From Clostridia bacterium (GTDB lineage: Bacteria; Bacillota; Clostridia; Oscillospirales; QAKW01): a DNA stretch of 64,000 nucleotides. Below the pieces are notes generated by a model. That model worked only from the letters and a program-made list of their open reading frames with translations. It had not been told where the DNA came from and searched no databases. Every line of letters starts with the position of its first letter. Position 1 is the stretch's first letter. Below, in pieces: positions 38,629-50,422 of this stretch. The position numbers and the translations under genes were made by a program. The stretch lies in assembly GCA_017440465.1 (NCBI GenBank), contig JAFSHF010000022.1:159-64158 (forward strand). Reading direction: 5' to 3'.

Positions 38629-39257
38629 AATGAACAAACCTCCTTTTCGGAAGCCATCGCATTACGAAGGGCGATCTTGCGTTTTGATATTTTGGAACGC
38701 ACAACGGCACTGACCTGCTGGTCTGCCATATAAATCGATATTTTTTTGATATTTTCCTCGGTTTCGGGGATCTTAACCTTTTCAAACAGGTTGACTCTTT
38801 GCGAAGTTGCAAGCAATTCCTTCTCTAATAATCCGACCTGCTCGTCTAACACTTCCGCCTCTAAATCGAGAGACATTGCCTTCTCCATATGGTTTGCGGC
38901 GATATCCACCCAAAGGGGCGTTTCGTAAAGATCGTAATCTCCTCGCGCAAAATCCGCGCCCTCATACGTGGGAATATCCACCCCTGCAATATTGCCCTTT
39001 CCTTTGCGAATATTGCAGACGGTGATGATGCCCTGCGGGAACGCCTCGGTCTCGCTGAAGACAGCGATCCAATCGCGAAAGCCGAATTCCAGATCTTCCC
39101 GCGCTTTTCGCACCGCCTTCGCCTTGGCTTCAATGATGCGGATCTCCGATTGGAGCTGTTGCTTTTTCAGTGTCAGAGTAGGCAAATATCGGCGGTACAT
39201 TTTAAGTGCGTCCTTTTGTACCTTTAACTCATTTTTAGTTAATTTGATTTTTGCCAA
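38625..39257 (-). CDS. V/A-type ATPase subunit D
   Basis: LPTLTLKKQQL, QRVNLFEKVKIP. Confidence 0.92.
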   Translation of the reverse strand: MAKIKLTKNELKVQKDALKMYRRYLPTLTLKKQQLQSEIRIIEAKAKAVRKAREDLEFGFRDWIAVFSETEAFPQGIITVCNIRKGKGNIAGVDIPTYEGADFARGDYDLYETPLWVDIAANHMEKAMSLDLEAEVLDEQVGLLEKELLATSQRVNLFEKVKIPETEENIKKISIYMADQQVSAVVRSKISKRKIALRNAMASEKEVCSL

Positions 39258-39271
39258 AGCTTCTGCCCCCC

Positions 39272-40573
39272 TTAACCTTTAGGCCAAAATTCATCGGTTA
39301 GGTTTGACTTGATTCCGGTCTCATCCTTTTCAAAGCACTCCGCCAGGATCTCCCAGCCTAAATCGAGAGCATCCTCCAGCGGAAGATTGACCGAAAGCGA
39401 CATCAGTTTGCTTTCAAACAGATGGCCGTATTTCAGCAGTTTTTCATCCCAACGGCTCATGGAAAAGCCCATATTTTTCTTTTCGACGGTTTCTTTATAA
39501 GAAGAATACAGGCGGATCATCGCATCCATCAACGCGCGATGGTCTGCGCGGGTCTTGCCGTTTACATTTTGCTTGAGTCGGGAAAGAGAACCGAACGGCT
39601 CAATGCGCCCACCCTTGAGGTAATACTGCCCCTCGGTGATATATCCCGTATTATCGGGGACGGGGTGCGTCACATCGTCACCGGGCATCGTTGTCACCGC
39701 CAGGACAGTGACCGAGCCCGAATCGGCAAAGTCCACCGCCTTTTCGTAGCGGGAGGCCAGCTGAGAATACAGATCGCCGGGATATCCGCGGTTGGAGGGC
39801 ACTTGCTCTTGCGTGATGGCGATTTCTTTCATCGCATCCGCAAAGTTGGTCATATCGGTCAACAGCACCAAGACATCTTTATTCTGCAGCGCAAACTGCT
39901 CCGCCACCGCCAGCACCATATCGGGAATCATCATACACTCGACGGTAGGATCGGAGGCGGTATGAACAAACATCACTGTCTTGCTGAGGGCTCCGCCCTT
40001 GGAAAGCACCTCTTTAAAATACAAGAAATCATCGTATTTCAACCCCATCCCGCCCAGAACGATGACATCCGCCTCCGCCTGCATCGCGATGCGGGCAAGA
40101 AGCTGGTTATAGGGCTCGCCGGAGATGGAGAAGATCGGCAGTTTCTGCGAAACGACCAAGGTGTTGAACATATCGATCATCGGAATGTTGGTTCTCATCA
40201 TTCGGTTGGCAAGGATCCGCTTGGTGGGGTTGACCGAAGGGCCGCCGATCGGCTTCATATTTTCTGTGAGCGCAGGGCCCTTATCTCTCGGCTCGCCCGA
40301 ACCGTTGAAGATCCGCCCCAAAAGATCTTCGCTGAAGGAAACGCGCATCTCGCGGCCGAGAAACCGCACTTCATCGCCGGTGGAAACACCCTGCCCGCCC
40401 GCAAAGACCTGCAGGGAGACGATATCGCCGTCGATCTTATTGACCTGCGCCAGCGACTTGCCGAAGCGGGTCTGGATCTGCGCCAATTCCTTATACTTGA
40501 CATCGTTTGCGCGGACGGTGATGACGTTTCCGTTAATGGATTCGATTCGATTATATACTTTATTCACGTTCAT
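39272..40573 (-). CDS. V/A-type ATPase subunit B
   Basis: [29 protein letters not shown]. Confidence 0.95.
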   Translation of the reverse strand: MNVNKVYNRIESINGNVITVRANDVKYKELAQIQTRFGKSLAQVNKIDGDIVSLQVFAGGQGVSTGDEVRFLGREMRVSFSEDLLGRIFNGSGEPRDKGPALTENMKPIGGPSVNPTKRILANRMMRTNIPMIDMFNTLVVSQKLPIFSISGEPYNQLLARIAMQAEADVIVLGGMGLKYDDFLYFKEVLSKGGALSKTVMFVHTASDPTVECMMIPDMVLAVAEQFALQNKDVLVLLTDMTNFADAMKEIAITQEQVPSNRGYPGDLYSQLASRYEKAVDFADSGSVTVLAVTTMPGDDVTHPVPDNTGYITEGQYYLKGGRIEPFGSLSRLKQNVNGKTRADHRALMDAMIRLYSSYKETVEKKNMGFSMSRWDEKLLKYGHLFESKLMSLSVNLPLEDALDLGWEILAECFEKDETGIKSNLTDEFWPKG

Positions 40574-42339
40574 TCACCGTCCTTTAACAGTTTTTCGGCG
40601 GGTGCGGATAATTTACCGTCCCCTTTACGATAGAGTTGATCGATCTTCTCTTCTGCATTTTTGAACGCTTCGCTTTCAAACTCGGCATAGTTCCAGTCGA
40701 TAAATCTCTGGCGCATACGGTTAAAGAAACCGCGCGCATCGTCTTTATTTTCCAAAGCGTAGTTACTGCCTAAAATATATACAAGTTTATCGGTAACATA
40801 CTGCTGGCGCGCTTTCCCGCAGTTTGCCTCCACCAAATCAAAGGAGTTCTGTTGCAAATACACCGCATCCAGCATTTCGGCTTTCAGATAGGTGATATAA
40901 TCCGAAAGGGTGGTACCCTCTTCGCCGACCACCTTCATCATCGAACCGATCTCGTCGCCGTGGTGAAGAATATCTTTGCAAAAGTCCAATTTTTCATTGG
41001 CAATCACACTGTTATATTTCGACCAGGAGATCAGCGGGTCGATGGCGGGATACTTTCTTGCGTCCGAACGCTCGCGGGAAAGACCGTGGAACGCGCCCAC
41101 TACCTTTAAGGTCGCCTGGGTCACAGGCTCCTCAAAGTTGCCGCCCGCAGGGGATACGGTACCGCCGATGGTGACCGAACCGGTGCTGCCGTCCGGCAAG
41201 CGCACATAGCCTGCCCGCTCATAAAATGCCGCGATATACGATTCAAGGTATGCGGGGAACGCCTCTTCCCCGGGGATCTCTTCCAATCGGCCGGACATTT
41301 CACGCATCGCCTGCGCCCAGCGGGAGGTGGAGTCTGCCAGCATAAGAACGTGCAGCCCCATCTGCCGATAGTACTCGGCAAGCGTTACCGCGGTATAAAC
41401 CGAGGCTTCGCGGGATGCGACGGGCATCGAAGAGGTGTTGCAGATAATAATGGTGCGTTCCATCAGCGAACGACCGGTTTTGGGGTCGATCAGTTCGGGG
41501 AACTCGGTCAAGGTTTCAACAACCTCGCCCGCACGCTCGCCGCAGGCGGCGATGATAACGATATCCACATCTGCATATTTGGATGTGGTATGCTGCAATA
41601 CGGTCTTTCCTGCGCCGAACGGACCGGGGGTGCAATAGGTTCCGCCTTTGGCCACAGGGAAGAAGGAATCGATCAGCCGCACCTTGGTCTCCATCGTCTC
41701 CATCGGTGCCAATCGCTCGCTATAGCACTTCACTGCGCGCTTTACGGGCCATTTAAACGACATTGATACAGAGATCTCACGCCCCCGCTCATCGGTCAGC
41801 ACCGCAATCGGTTCTTTGACGGTATATTCGCCCTGCTCTGCGATGGATTTTACCGTATAGTTTCCGAGCAGATCAAAGGGGATGAAAATTTTATGAGTGA
41901 ACGGACCTTCGGGAACTGTCCCGATATATTCGCCGGCGCGGACAACATCCCCCGCCTTCGCTGTCGGCGTAAATGCCCATTTCTTTTCAGCGTCAAGTCC
42001 GTCGGCGTAAATGCCTCTTTCCAAAAACCAGCCCGCCTGCTCTGCCAGAACAGGGAGGGGATTTTGGAGTCCGTCGTAGATCTGACCGAGCAATCCGGGG
42101 CCGAGCTCTGCCGAGAGCATATCGCCGGTAAATTCCACCGTATCTCCGCATTGGATCCCGTCGGTCATTTCATAAACCTGCACCTGCGCCACATTGCCTT
42201 TGATGCGGATGACCTCACTTTTAAGAGCGGTCTCCCCCGCAAAAACATAGCAGATTTCGTTCATGGAAACGTTGCCGTCGAATTCCACCGACACCAGGTT
42301 TCCGTTGATGCTTACTACCTTTCCTTTATTTTCGGTCAT
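40570..42339 (-). CDS. V/A-type ATPase subunit A
   Basis: [37 protein letters not shown]. Confidence 0.95.
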   Translation of the reverse strand: MTENKGKVVSINGNLVSVEFDGNVSMNEICYVFAGETALKSEVIRIKGNVAQVQVYEMTDGIQCGDTVEFTGDMLSAELGPGLLGQIYDGLQNPLPVLAEQAGWFLERGIYADGLDAEKKWAFTPTAKAGDVVRAGEYIGTVPEGPFTHKIFIPFDLLGNYTVKSIAEQGEYTVKEPIAVLTDERGREISVSMSFKWPVKRAVKCYSERLAPMETMETKVRLIDSFFPVAKGGTYCTPGPFGAGKTVLQHTTSKYADVDIVIIAACGERAGEVVETLTEFPELIDPKTGRSLMERTIIICNTSSMPVASREASVYTAVTLAEYYRQMGLHVLMLADSTSRWAQAMREMSGRLEEIPGEEAFPAYLESYIAAFYERAGYVRLPDGSTGSVTIGGTVSPAGGNFEEPVTQATLKVVGAFHGLSRERSDARKYPAIDPLISWSKYNSVIANEKLDFCKDILHHGDEIGSMMKVVGEEGTTLSDYITYLKAEMLDAVYLQQNSFDLVEANCGKARQQYVTDKLVYILGSNYALENKDDARGFFNRMRQRFIDWNYAEFESEAFKNAEEKIDQLYRKGDGKLSAPAEKLLKDGE

Positions 42340-42893
42340 TGTCTTGCCTCCAACCTGTCTCCGTTTAAAATGGAGCCGTATATATTCTTGTATGCCGCCT
42401 CTCCGCTCTTGGCATCAAACTGCCGAATGCGAAGAAGCAGTTTCAGTTTCAGTCCGTAATAGAAGAGATAATCCTCCGAAAAAGGATCCGCGGGTCTCAG
42501 TGTTTCCAATAGGTCCAAGCGGCAGCGGTTTAAATATTTTTCCGCTTCCATCGGGTTTTCAATTTCCATTGCCGCGCTTGCCGCCCTGATATACTCCGCA
42601 GGGAACTTTCTGCCCTCGGTATCAAAGGGTTTGCCCATTTTCTCTGCCCGCATCTTGGCAAGAGCAAACCGAAGCGTCCGCTCGCTTTCATTCCAAGCAT
42701 CGATCAACGCTGAGCCCGAACGCTCGGGCTTTTTGGCAGGGGATAACGTGCTGTTTTTCATCGCCTGCTGCGCCTTTTTCCCTAAAAATCGGGCGCAAAG
42801 CTCCGCAAAATACTCTTCGGTGATCGGAAGCGGCGCATTTTCACCGATCCCATCCAAAGACGGCAACTGAGATATCAAATAATATTCAGCCAT
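42336..42893 (-). CDS. DUF2764-like V-ATPase accessory (subunit C-like) protein
   Basis: YYLISQLP N-terminus, between E and A subunits. Confidence 0.8.
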   Translation of the reverse strand: MAEYYLISQLPSLDGIGENAPLPITEEYFAELCARFLGKKAQQAMKNSTLSPAKKPERSGSALIDAWNESERTLRFALAKMRAEKMGKPFDTEGRKFPAEYIRAASAAMEIENPMEAEKYLNRCRLDLLETLRPADPFSEDYLFYYGLKLKLLLRIRQFDAKSGEAAYKNIYGSILNGDRLEARQ

Positions 42894-42898
42894 CGTTG

Positions 42899-43507
42899 TT
42901 ACTCCGCCTCTTTCAAAAGTTCGGTAACCTTCGGGCTGAGATAGTTGGAAAGCATCTCCGCAACCGCTTCTGCCGAGTAATCATAGTACGCGCCGCCTTC
43001 GTTTACAGAAATGCGGAATCCGCCGTCGAAATTGTCGTTTGCTTTCAGCGTGATGCCCTTGGAAAGTTTTTCTTTCAGCGCCGCAAGGGCGGTCTCTTCC
43101 AATTGATTAAGGTCTTGCGTATTCAAGATCACCGCGATCTCTTCTGCATCCGGTGTATTTGCCCAATTTTCCACAATGCGGAGGATCAGCTCCCCAAAGG
43201 CATCCGATGCATATACCGCGCCGACGTTTTCGCCCACGATCGTTTTGAGTTCTCTTGCCACGCTTTCTCTGAAGGAAATCAGCAGATTGCGCCCCGCCTG
43301 GCGGATCGCATCTTCGCTCGACCGTGTCATTCGCTCGGTCTCTGCCTTTGCGTCTGCCAGCATCTTCTCTGCCTGCGCCTGCGCATCGGCAAGGATCTTT
43401 TCGGCATCCGCCTGCGCCGCTTCGACAATGGTCTTGGCTTCCGCCTCGGCGGCCGCGACCCCGTCCTTTTTGATCTGCTCAATCAGTTCCTGAAGTTGAA
43501 CTTCCAT
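42899..43507 (-). CDS. V/A-type ATPase subunit E
   Basis: LQELIEQIKKDGV, coiled coil, GGFRIS. Confidence 0.88.
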   Translation of the reverse strand: MEVQLQELIEQIKKDGVAAAEAEAKTIVEAAQADAEKILADAQAQAEKMLADAKAETERMTRSSEDAIRQAGRNLLISFRESVARELKTIVGENVGAVYASDAFGELILRIVENWANTPDAEEIAVILNTQDLNQLEETALAALKEKLSKGITLKANDNFDGGFRISVNEGGAYYDYSAEAVAEMLSNYLSPKVTELLKEAE

Positions 43508-43538
43508 ATTTCGATCTCCTTTTTATATTTATCAAATT

Positions 43539-44552
43539 TTAAAGAATGGGAATCCCTGCTTCGCGGCAGGAGTTCAAGGTGTTTTCATCCCAGATAGAAG
43601 ATTGCACCTCGCCGATATGAGCACTGCCCAGCATCAGCATACAAAGGCGGCTCTGACCGATGCCGCCGCCGATGGTGAGCGGCAGTTCGCCCGCCAGCAA
43701 CGCTTTATGGAAGGGCAGGTCCTTGCGGTCCTCGCAATCGGCGATCTTCAACTGCCGCGCCAGACTTTCGGGGCTGACGCGGATGCCCATCGAAGAGATC
43801 TCAAAGGCCTGCTGCAGGGTCTCGTTCCAGAATAAAATATCGCCGTTGAGTGCCCAATCGTCATAATCGGGGGCGCGGCCGTCGTGCTTCTTGCCGGAGC
43901 GCAGCACTCCGCCGATCTCCATCAGCAAAACGGTTTTATATTCTTTGGCGATGGCATTTTCCCGCTCCTTGGGGGTGAGATCGGGGTAACGGTCCTCCAA
44001 TTCCTGGGTGGTGATGCAATAGACCTCGCGGCAGAGCGCAGGGCGCGCCTGCAGCTGCGGGAACATCACCCGCAGGGTCTGCTCGGTATCGCAGATGGCG
44101 TCCACGATCTTGCGGACCACCGCTTGAAGATACTCTTTGGTGCGGTCTTCTTCGGCGATGATCTTCTCCCAATCCCATTGATCCACATAGATGGAATGGA
44201 TATTATCCAACTCTTCATCGCGGCGGATGGCATTCATATCGGCATAGAGACCGGTATCTTCCCCAAAGCCGTAGTCCCGCAGTGCCTGCCGCTTCCATTT
44301 GGCAAGGGAATGGACCACTTCCGCATCCGCGCCGGTATCCTTGACATCGAATTTCACCGGCCGCTCCACGCCGTTGAGGTTATCATTCAGCCCCGAATCG
44401 GAGGGGACGAACAGCGGCGAGGAGACCCGCCGCAGATTCAATGCGCCGCAAAGCATATCTTCAAATAAGCGTTTGATCAACCCAATGGCTTTTTGGGTAT
44501 CATAAAGAGAGAGTGCCGGACGGTAGCCGGCGGGAATCATTACTTTGCTCAT
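43539..44552 (-). CDS. asnA: Aspartate--ammonia ligase
   Basis: [43 protein letters not shown]. Confidence 0.96.
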   Translation of the reverse strand: MSKVMIPAGYRPALSLYDTQKAIGLIKRLFEDMLCGALNLRRVSSPLFVPSDSGLNDNLNGVERPVKFDVKDTGADAEVVHSLAKWKRQALRDYGFGEDTGLYADMNAIRRDEELDNIHSIYVDQWDWEKIIAEEDRTKEYLQAVVRKIVDAICDTEQTLRVMFPQLQARPALCREVYCITTQELEDRYPDLTPKERENAIAKEYKTVLLMEIGGVLRSGKKHDGRAPDYDDWALNGDILFWNETLQQAFEISSMGIRVSPESLARQLKIADCEDRKDLPFHKALLAGELPLTIGGGIGQSRLCMLMLGSAHIGEVQSSIWDENTLNSCREAGIPIL

Positions 44553-44556
44553 AATT

Positions 44557-45753
44557 TTACCTTTCTTTAACTCTGCGAATAATAGCGTTAGCGGGAAGAT
44601 CAATGCCGATCTCCACCTTCATTTCCGCGTGGGGCGCGGATTCGATGGGCTCGCCTGCTTGGTTTTTCAGCTCGCCCAATGTAATCTCATAAGGGGTGCA
44701 GTTCGGTGCCAGCACCTGCAGGGTCTCCCCTGCTTCAAATTTATTTTTTTGAATGACCCAGCCGGGCTCGTCCGCCGCGATGGCGACCACATCGGTATTG
44801 CGGATATAGCCGCCGTTCTCAAAATTCTGGGATTCGGCACCCGCCGATCGGAATAAAAAGCCGGTGGTATAGTCCCGATGGGAGACCGCCCGCAACTCTT
44901 CCAACAGCGCAGGGTCATAGGGCTTGCCCGCCGCAAGATCATCCAACGCCCGCCGATAGGCTTGGGTGACGCAGGCGACGTAGTAAAAACTCTTCATCCG
45001 CCCCTCGATCTTTAATGAGGCGATGCCCGCATCCTGCAGTTCCTTCAAATAGGGCAGCAGGCAGAGATCCTTGGAATTGAACAAGTAGGTCCCCCGCGCA
45101 TCTTCCTCGATGGGGAAATATTCGCCGGGGCGTTGGCTTTCCATCAGTGCATAATTCCAGCGGCAGGGCTGGGCGCAGGCACCTTGATTGCCGCTCCGCC
45201 CTGTCATCACCGCCGACATTAAGCACCGCCCCGAATACGCCACACACATCGCCCCATGGGCAAAGGCCTCCAGCTCGGTATCCATCGGCAGTTTCTGCCG
45301 CAGATCGATGATATCGGCAAGGCGCATCTCCCGCGCCAGAACGATGCGGGAAGCACCCAATTCCCGATAGACCATCGCCGCCTCATAGTTGGTGACATTG
45401 GCTTGGGTGGAGATATGGATCGGCAGGCTCGGCGCATACCGCTTTGCCAGTGCCATCACCCCTAAATCCGCAATGATCAATCCGTCGGGACGCAGTTGCT
45501 CCAGCAACTCAAAATAGGCAGGCAATGCCTTCAGATCTCCGCTATCGGGATAGATATTGCAGGGGATATAGATTTTTTTGCCGTTTTTGTGGCAAAAATC
45601 GATGGCTTGTTTGAGTTCTTCTTTATCAAAATTCTCGCTGGCGGCGCGCAGGCCGAACTGCCGATAGGCGGCATACACCGCATCGGCACCGTACCACACC
45701 GCGTACCGCAGTTTTTCCATATTGCCCGCAGGGGCTAAAAGTTCCATCTTCAA
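44557..45753 (-). CDS. U32-family peptidase-like protein (tRNA hydroxylation type)
   Basis: [31 protein letters not shown]. Confidence 0.9.
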   Translation of the reverse strand: MKMELLAPAGNMEKLRYAVWYGADAVYAAYRQFGLRAASENFDKEELKQAIDFCHKNGKKIYIPCNIYPDSGDLKALPAYFELLEQLRPDGLIIADLGVMALAKRYAPSLPIHISTQANVTNYEAAMVYRELGASRIVLAREMRLADIIDLRQKLPMDTELEAFAHGAMCVAYSGRCLMSAVMTGRSGNQGACAQPCRWNYALMESQRPGEYFPIEEDARGTYLFNSKDLCLLPYLKELQDAGIASLKIEGRMKSFYYVACVTQAYRRALDDLAAGKPYDPALLEELRAVSHRDYTTGFLFRSAGAESQNFENGGYIRNTDVVAIAADEPGWVIQKNKFEAGETLQVLAPNCTPYEITLGELKNQAGEPIESAPHAEMKVEIGIDLPANAIIRRVKER

Positions 45754-47087
45754 GATACTGTTCCTGTTCCGCGGAGATGCTCGCCCGCTTTTTTCAGATT
45801 AAGCAGATGCTCCACACGGCTTTGGGTAAAGAACATCTCGCCGTCCTCCCGTGTGACAAAATAAAGATCCTCGGTCTCTTCCGCATCCAGCACCGCCAAG
45901 ATCATCTCTTCGCTCGGATTGGCGATGGGGCCTTCGGGCAGGCCTTTATTACGATAGGTGTTATAGGGATCGGAGGTGCGGATATCGGTTTCGGTGATCT
46001 CGCCGTGCCCCGCAGGCAGGATATACGCCACCGTTGCCTGGGATTCCAGATAAGGTACGGTCTCGCTTTCCAGACGGTTGAGATAGACTCCCGCCGCCTT
46101 TTTGGGATTCTTGCCGCTCTCCTTTTGGAGAATGGATGCCAAGGTAATGACCTCATCTAAATCATAATCGGAATCGCTGATCTTTTTCATCGTTTCGTCG
46201 GTCAGTACCTTTTCTTCAAAGCGGCTGAGGATGCGGCGCACCACCGCCACCGCCGATTCCCCTTCATACATTTCATAGGTATCGGGGTAAAGATAGCCCT
46301 CCAACCGATAATTGCGCTCAGGCAGGTGGGCAGCGAAGGCAAACTCGGAAAAATCATAGTTTTGCAACACATTTTCCAGCTCTTCCCGCTCCAAATATTC
46401 CAAAGAATCGCAAAGGGTGGTGACCAGATCTTCCTGGGTATACCCCTCTTTGATGGTGAATTTCACCTTATCCTTTTTGGCGGGATCCCGCTTTAGGGCG
46501 CGGATAAGCTGGTTATAGTCGCTTTTGCAGTTGAGGGTAAATTCCCCTTCAAAAAATTCTCCGCTCTTTTTCAGTTTGCTATAGAGGAAAAAGACATTGG
46601 GATGATCGATGATCTGAGCCTGCTTGAGTGCTTTTGCCACCGCCTTGACCGAGGTCTGCCCCTCTTCGATCATCACTGTGATCTCTTTATCGGGGCGCAC
46701 CAGCCCCAACACTTCGTTGCCGATATGGCAGATCCAGCAAGAGAGCAACACCGCGGCAATGAGAATAGCACCATAATACCCCAACGCGCGGGCATATTTC
46801 TGCCAGACCTCTTTGGTAAAGACCTTGCCTTCGGTGTTCTTTTCTTGTGCTTTCGGGGTTTCTGCCTTGGCAGGTTCGGTCTTGACCGCTTCGCTCTTAA
46901 CGGACTCGGTCTGCATCACTCTGGTCTGCTCCAACTCCGACTTTGCCTTGGGTTGATTGGCAATACGGATAGTGGGTTGCTCCGCTTTAGCAGAAGGGTA
47001 AGAACCCGCAGGATTAATTCTCTTAGGGCGGCTTGCGCCGTCGGCACCGGGATAAGAGCCGGTGATATTACGTTTCTTATCAGCCAT
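45750..47087 (-). CDS. mltG: Endolytic transglycosylase MltG
   Basis: Single TM, LEGYLYPDTY, ASILQKE, YNTY, GLPEGPIANP. Confidence 0.88.
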   Translation of the reverse strand: MADKKRNITGSYPGADGASRPKRINPAGSYPSAKAEQPTIRIANQPKAKSELEQTRVMQTESVKSEAVKTEPAKAETPKAQEKNTEGKVFTKEVWQKYARALGYYGAILIAAVLLSCWICHIGNEVLGLVRPDKEITVMIEEGQTSVKAVAKALKQAQIIDHPNVFFLYSKLKKSGEFFEGEFTLNCKSDYNQLIRALKRDPAKKDKVKFTIKEGYTQEDLVTTLCDSLEYLEREELENVLQNYDFSEFAFAAHLPERNYRLEGYLYPDTYEMYEGESAVAVVRRILSRFEEKVLTDETMKKISDSDYDLDEVITLASILQKESGKNPKKAAGVYLNRLESETVPYLESQATVAYILPAGHGEITETDIRTSDPYNTYRNKGLPEGPIANPSEEMILAVLDAEETEDLYFVTREDGEMFFTQSRVEHLLNLKKAGEHLRGTGTVS

Positions 47088-47178
47088 TTCGTTTCTCCTT
47101 AAGGTGATAAAAATATCTCATAGTTATACATTTTGATTATACACCACAATTTATGTAAAGTAAAGAAAAAAAGACGGT

Positions 47179-48354
47179 TTAAACCGTCTTTTTTATCATA
47201 TCTTTATCCACCGAAATGACCGCGAAATAATCGGGGTGCTTTTCTTGAATCGCCGCCTCCACTTTTTGGCAAAGTTCGCCATCGGTCAGTTCATATTTAA
47301 AGGGGACCACCAGATCGAAAAGGACATTGCTGTGGGTGGTGCCCCGCACCAGCCGCAGGTCGTGGTAGGTCACCGGCGGGAACTGCTCCAAGATCTCCTT
47401 AAGTTCCTCCCGCAGGACATCCAACGCGGGATCGGTGGTGACAATGGGGTCCATATGGATAGAGACCAAAATCCCCATCTCTTCCTTCAGATCTCGCTCC
47501 ACGTTATCGATGATATCGTGGCTGACCAGAATATCCGCCTCGGCGGGGACTTCGGCGTGGAGAGAAGCAAACATCCGCCCGGGGCCATAGTTATGTACGA
47601 TCAGGTCGTGGATGCCGACGATCCCCTCATAAGAAAGCACTTTCTCTTTGATCTGCTCTGCCAAGGTCTCATCGGCGCCCTCGCCCAAAAGCAGTTGGAT
47701 GGTGTCCTTCATCAGCATCCCGCCGGCATACATAATGATCCCTGCCACAATGACGCCCATAATACCGTCGGTATTATACCCGATCAGCGGACTGATGACG
47801 ATGGAGACCAAAATTGCCGCGGTGGAGATGACATCGTTGATGCTGTCGCGGAAATTGGCATACAGCGTATCGCTTTGGATCGCCTTGCCCATCGAGCGAT
47901 AGAACAGCCCTTGCCATAATTTAAAGGCGATGGAGAGCAGCAAAGTCACCCAAAGCAACGGAGTCACCGCCAGCTCTTGCGGATGGAAGATTTTGGGGAA
48001 AGACTCTTTTGCCAAGGTAAACCCAACCACCACCATCAACATGGAGATCATCATCGCGGCGATATATTCCATCCGCCCGTGACCGTAGGGGTGCTCTTCA
48101 TCCGCCTGCTGGTTGGATAATTTAAACCCGATTAAGGTAATGACCGAAGATAAACTGTCGGATAGATTATTAAAGCCGTCGGCAATGATGGCGATGGCAC
48201 CGAAGAGTGCCCCGATCAGAATTTTGACCGCCGCCAACAGCAGATTGGTGGCGATCCCCACCGCGCCTGCCACCGTACCGTAGCGGGCACGCACCGCAGG
48301 ATCGGCGGTGTTTTTATAATCCTTGATAAACAGGCGTTTAATCAAATTTGTCAT
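47179..48354 (-). CDS. Cation diffusion facilitator transporter
   Basis: DEEHPYGHGRMEY, HDLIVHNYGPG. Confidence 0.9.
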   Translation of the reverse strand: MTNLIKRLFIKDYKNTADPAVRARYGTVAGAVGIATNLLLAAVKILIGALFGAIAIIADGFNNLSDSLSSVITLIGFKLSNQQADEEHPYGHGRMEYIAAMMISMLMVVVGFTLAKESFPKIFHPQELAVTPLLWVTLLLSIAFKLWQGLFYRSMGKAIQSDTLYANFRDSINDVISTAAILVSIVISPLIGYNTDGIMGVIVAGIIMYAGGMLMKDTIQLLLGEGADETLAEQIKEKVLSYEGIVGIHDLIVHNYGPGRMFASLHAEVPAEADILVSHDIIDNVERDLKEEMGILVSIHMDPIVTTDPALDVLREELKEILEQFPPVTYHDLRLVRGTTHSNVLFDLVVPFKYELTDGELCQKVEAAIQEKHPDYFAVISVDKDMIKKTV

Positions 48355-48415
48355 AATTTCCCTCTCATTTTTTGCAAAAATTGACCGCGCTGAGCGCGGT
48401 CAATTTTATTATATT

Positions 48416-50422
48416 TTAAGTCATTCCGCGATAGACCGGAATGATGAAATGCGCTTTGGCATTGGGGTCGGAAAAGGCTTTTTTGAGAATGCCCGCCTCT
48501 TTAGCAGGGGCTTGCGCGTCGGTCATATAGGATTTGTTCCAAAATCCGGAATAGCGGAAGAAATAAGGGGTCACGGCACCGCGGTCCAGATATTGATCCT
48601 TGATCCAGTTGGCACCCTCTATAATGGCGGTTTCCTTCGTACTCCAATTGCGCCGCATTGCATAAATCATACAATACCTGGGATTACTGTCGTATGCACC
48701 AATCCCATAAAAATTATAATAAGTACCGCCAAGGTCAAAGGTTTCGTGATAGATTCCGGTGTCCCGATCGGTCACCTTGCTGACCGAGTTCATTCCTTTG
48801 GAATAAGGGGATGTCCCGTACCCACTCTCCAATGCCGCACGACAAGCGATATAATAGGGATTCATTAACAAAGAACTTGAAGCATTTTTGAAATAGGACA
48901 ACGCCTCCTCTTTTTTGATCGCCGTTTCGTTTACCCAAATATTTTTGATTCCTTCATCGGTCCAGCCTTCCGGATCATAGGTGTCAATATCCAAAAATGC
49001 AAAGATCTTATCTTCATTGAGATAAAAAAGAGGATCGATATATTGCTCTCGGCTGGCGCCGTATTTTTGCACCGTCTCTTCAAAGGTCAGTTCGGGGTCG
49101 ACAAAGGTAAAGGTCCAATTGGGATGCTTTGCTTTTAAGGCATTGATTTCTTCTTCATATTGGGCAGGCATCTCTACCTCTTCCCAATTCCAGCGGATAT
49201 AATTCTCTTCCGCCGTATCCTTGACATAGCCTACATAACTGTTTGTCTTGGATAACGCGCCTCCGGAATAGATCGACTTGACATATTGAACCTTCGCCCA
49301 ATCGCCCTCGGTTCCGAGATAATAAACCGTCGTCCCGCCATCCAACTTCGTCAGCACCGAAGCGGTAACAGAGGGGGTTTTCCGCAGATTGACCGAACTG
49401 CTGACTGTCACCTTGGCATAAGAATTATCCAAAGCTTCGGGATCGGTAAAGACCAGCAAATACTCCTTGGTCGATCCATCCGCCAAGGTACCGGTCAAGG
49501 TCACTTTGGTGCGCCCATAACCCAAGTCTAAAGCATCGCCCATCTTATAGGCTTCATTCAGATAGGGATAATGCCCTGCATACTGCTCCACCTGCACGCC
49601 CAGTGCTGTAAAACCGGTATAGCCGGTGATTTTACAGTTGCTGAAATCCGAAGGATACGCCAGATAATAATCATCGTTTACATCGAAATTCAGCGAAAAT
49701 CCGCTCACCTGAATGGAATAATCTTTCGGATCTCCCGGCACCTGCTCGGTGGGTGTCGAGGGGAAGTATGTATCGCAACGAATCAGCACTGTGGCGGCCT
49801 GCGCACGGGTAGCTTGGCCGCTCGGATCGAAACAGCCGGTATCCAAGCCGGTGATCAACCCCTCTGCCGAACATTTATTGACCCATTCCTTTGCCCATCC
49901 GCTGATCTTGGCATCATCCAAAAAGGTTTTGGCTCCGTCTGCTGAAAGTTTTTTGCCCAAAACGTTCTCCAAGGCTATGCCGATCATTTTGCACATCTGC
50001 TCGCGCGTAATAGGATCTTGAGGCTTAAATTCTGTGGTGCTGACGCCGTTAATGATCCCCTTATTATAAGCCCAGCTGACCGCGCCATAGAACCATTCTT
50101 CCTTGGGAACATCAGCAAAGGGAGCACCGACAGCACTATTGGCATCGACCCCGCAGTAGCGTGTTACGATCATTGCGAATTCGGCACGAGTGATATTATT
50201 ATTGGGATAAAAATTCCCATCGGCATCCCCTTTGAAATAACCCTCATTAATGGAAGTGATGACCGCATCATAATACCATTCTTTTGAATTCAGATCAGCA
50301 AACGCCGATGCCGCGGAAGCGGCAAAAGGTACGCTTATTGCCAGCATCATCGCCGCCAACACAGCGGCGACTATATTCTTAAACTTATTCAGCCCAGTTA
50401 TGCGCAACTTTCTGAACATCAT
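48416..50422 (-). CDS. SLH-domain cell-wall hydrolase (SLH x3, SH3b, glucosaminidase-like)
   Basis: Signal peptide, ITRAEF/ITREQM/ATRAQA SLH motifs, VNLRKTPS SH3, ALESGYG and YNFYGIGAYD; start uncertain, overlapping yebC. Confidence 0.8.
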   Translation of the reverse strand: MMFRKLRITGLNKFKNIVAAVLAAMMLAISVPFAASAASAFADLNSKEWYYDAVITSINEGYFKGDADGNFYPNNNITRAEFAMIVTRYCGVDANSAVGAPFADVPKEEWFYGAVSWAYNKGIINGVSTTEFKPQDPITREQMCKMIGIALENVLGKKLSADGAKTFLDDAKISGWAKEWVNKCSAEGLITGLDTGCFDPSGQATRAQAATVLIRCDTYFPSTPTEQVPGDPKDYSIQVSGFSLNFDVNDDYYLAYPSDFSNCKITGYTGFTALGVQVEQYAGHYPYLNEAYKMGDALDLGYGRTKVTLTGTLADGSTKEYLLVFTDPEALDNSYAKVTVSSSVNLRKTPSVTASVLTKLDGGTTVYYLGTEGDWAKVQYVKSIYSGGALSKTNSYVGYVKDTAEENYIRWNWEEVEMPAQYEEEINALKAKHPNWTFTFVDPELTFEETVQKYGASREQYIDPLFYLNEDKIFAFLDIDTYDPEGWTDEGIKNIWVNETAIKKEEALSYFKNASSSLLMNPYYIACRAALESGYGTSPYSKGMNSVSKVTDRDTGIYHETFDLGGTYYNFYGIGAYDSNPRYCMIYAMRRNWSTKETAIIEGANWIKDQYLDRGAVTPYFFRYSGFWNKSYMTDAQAPAKEAGILKKAFSDPNAKAHFIIPVYRGMT

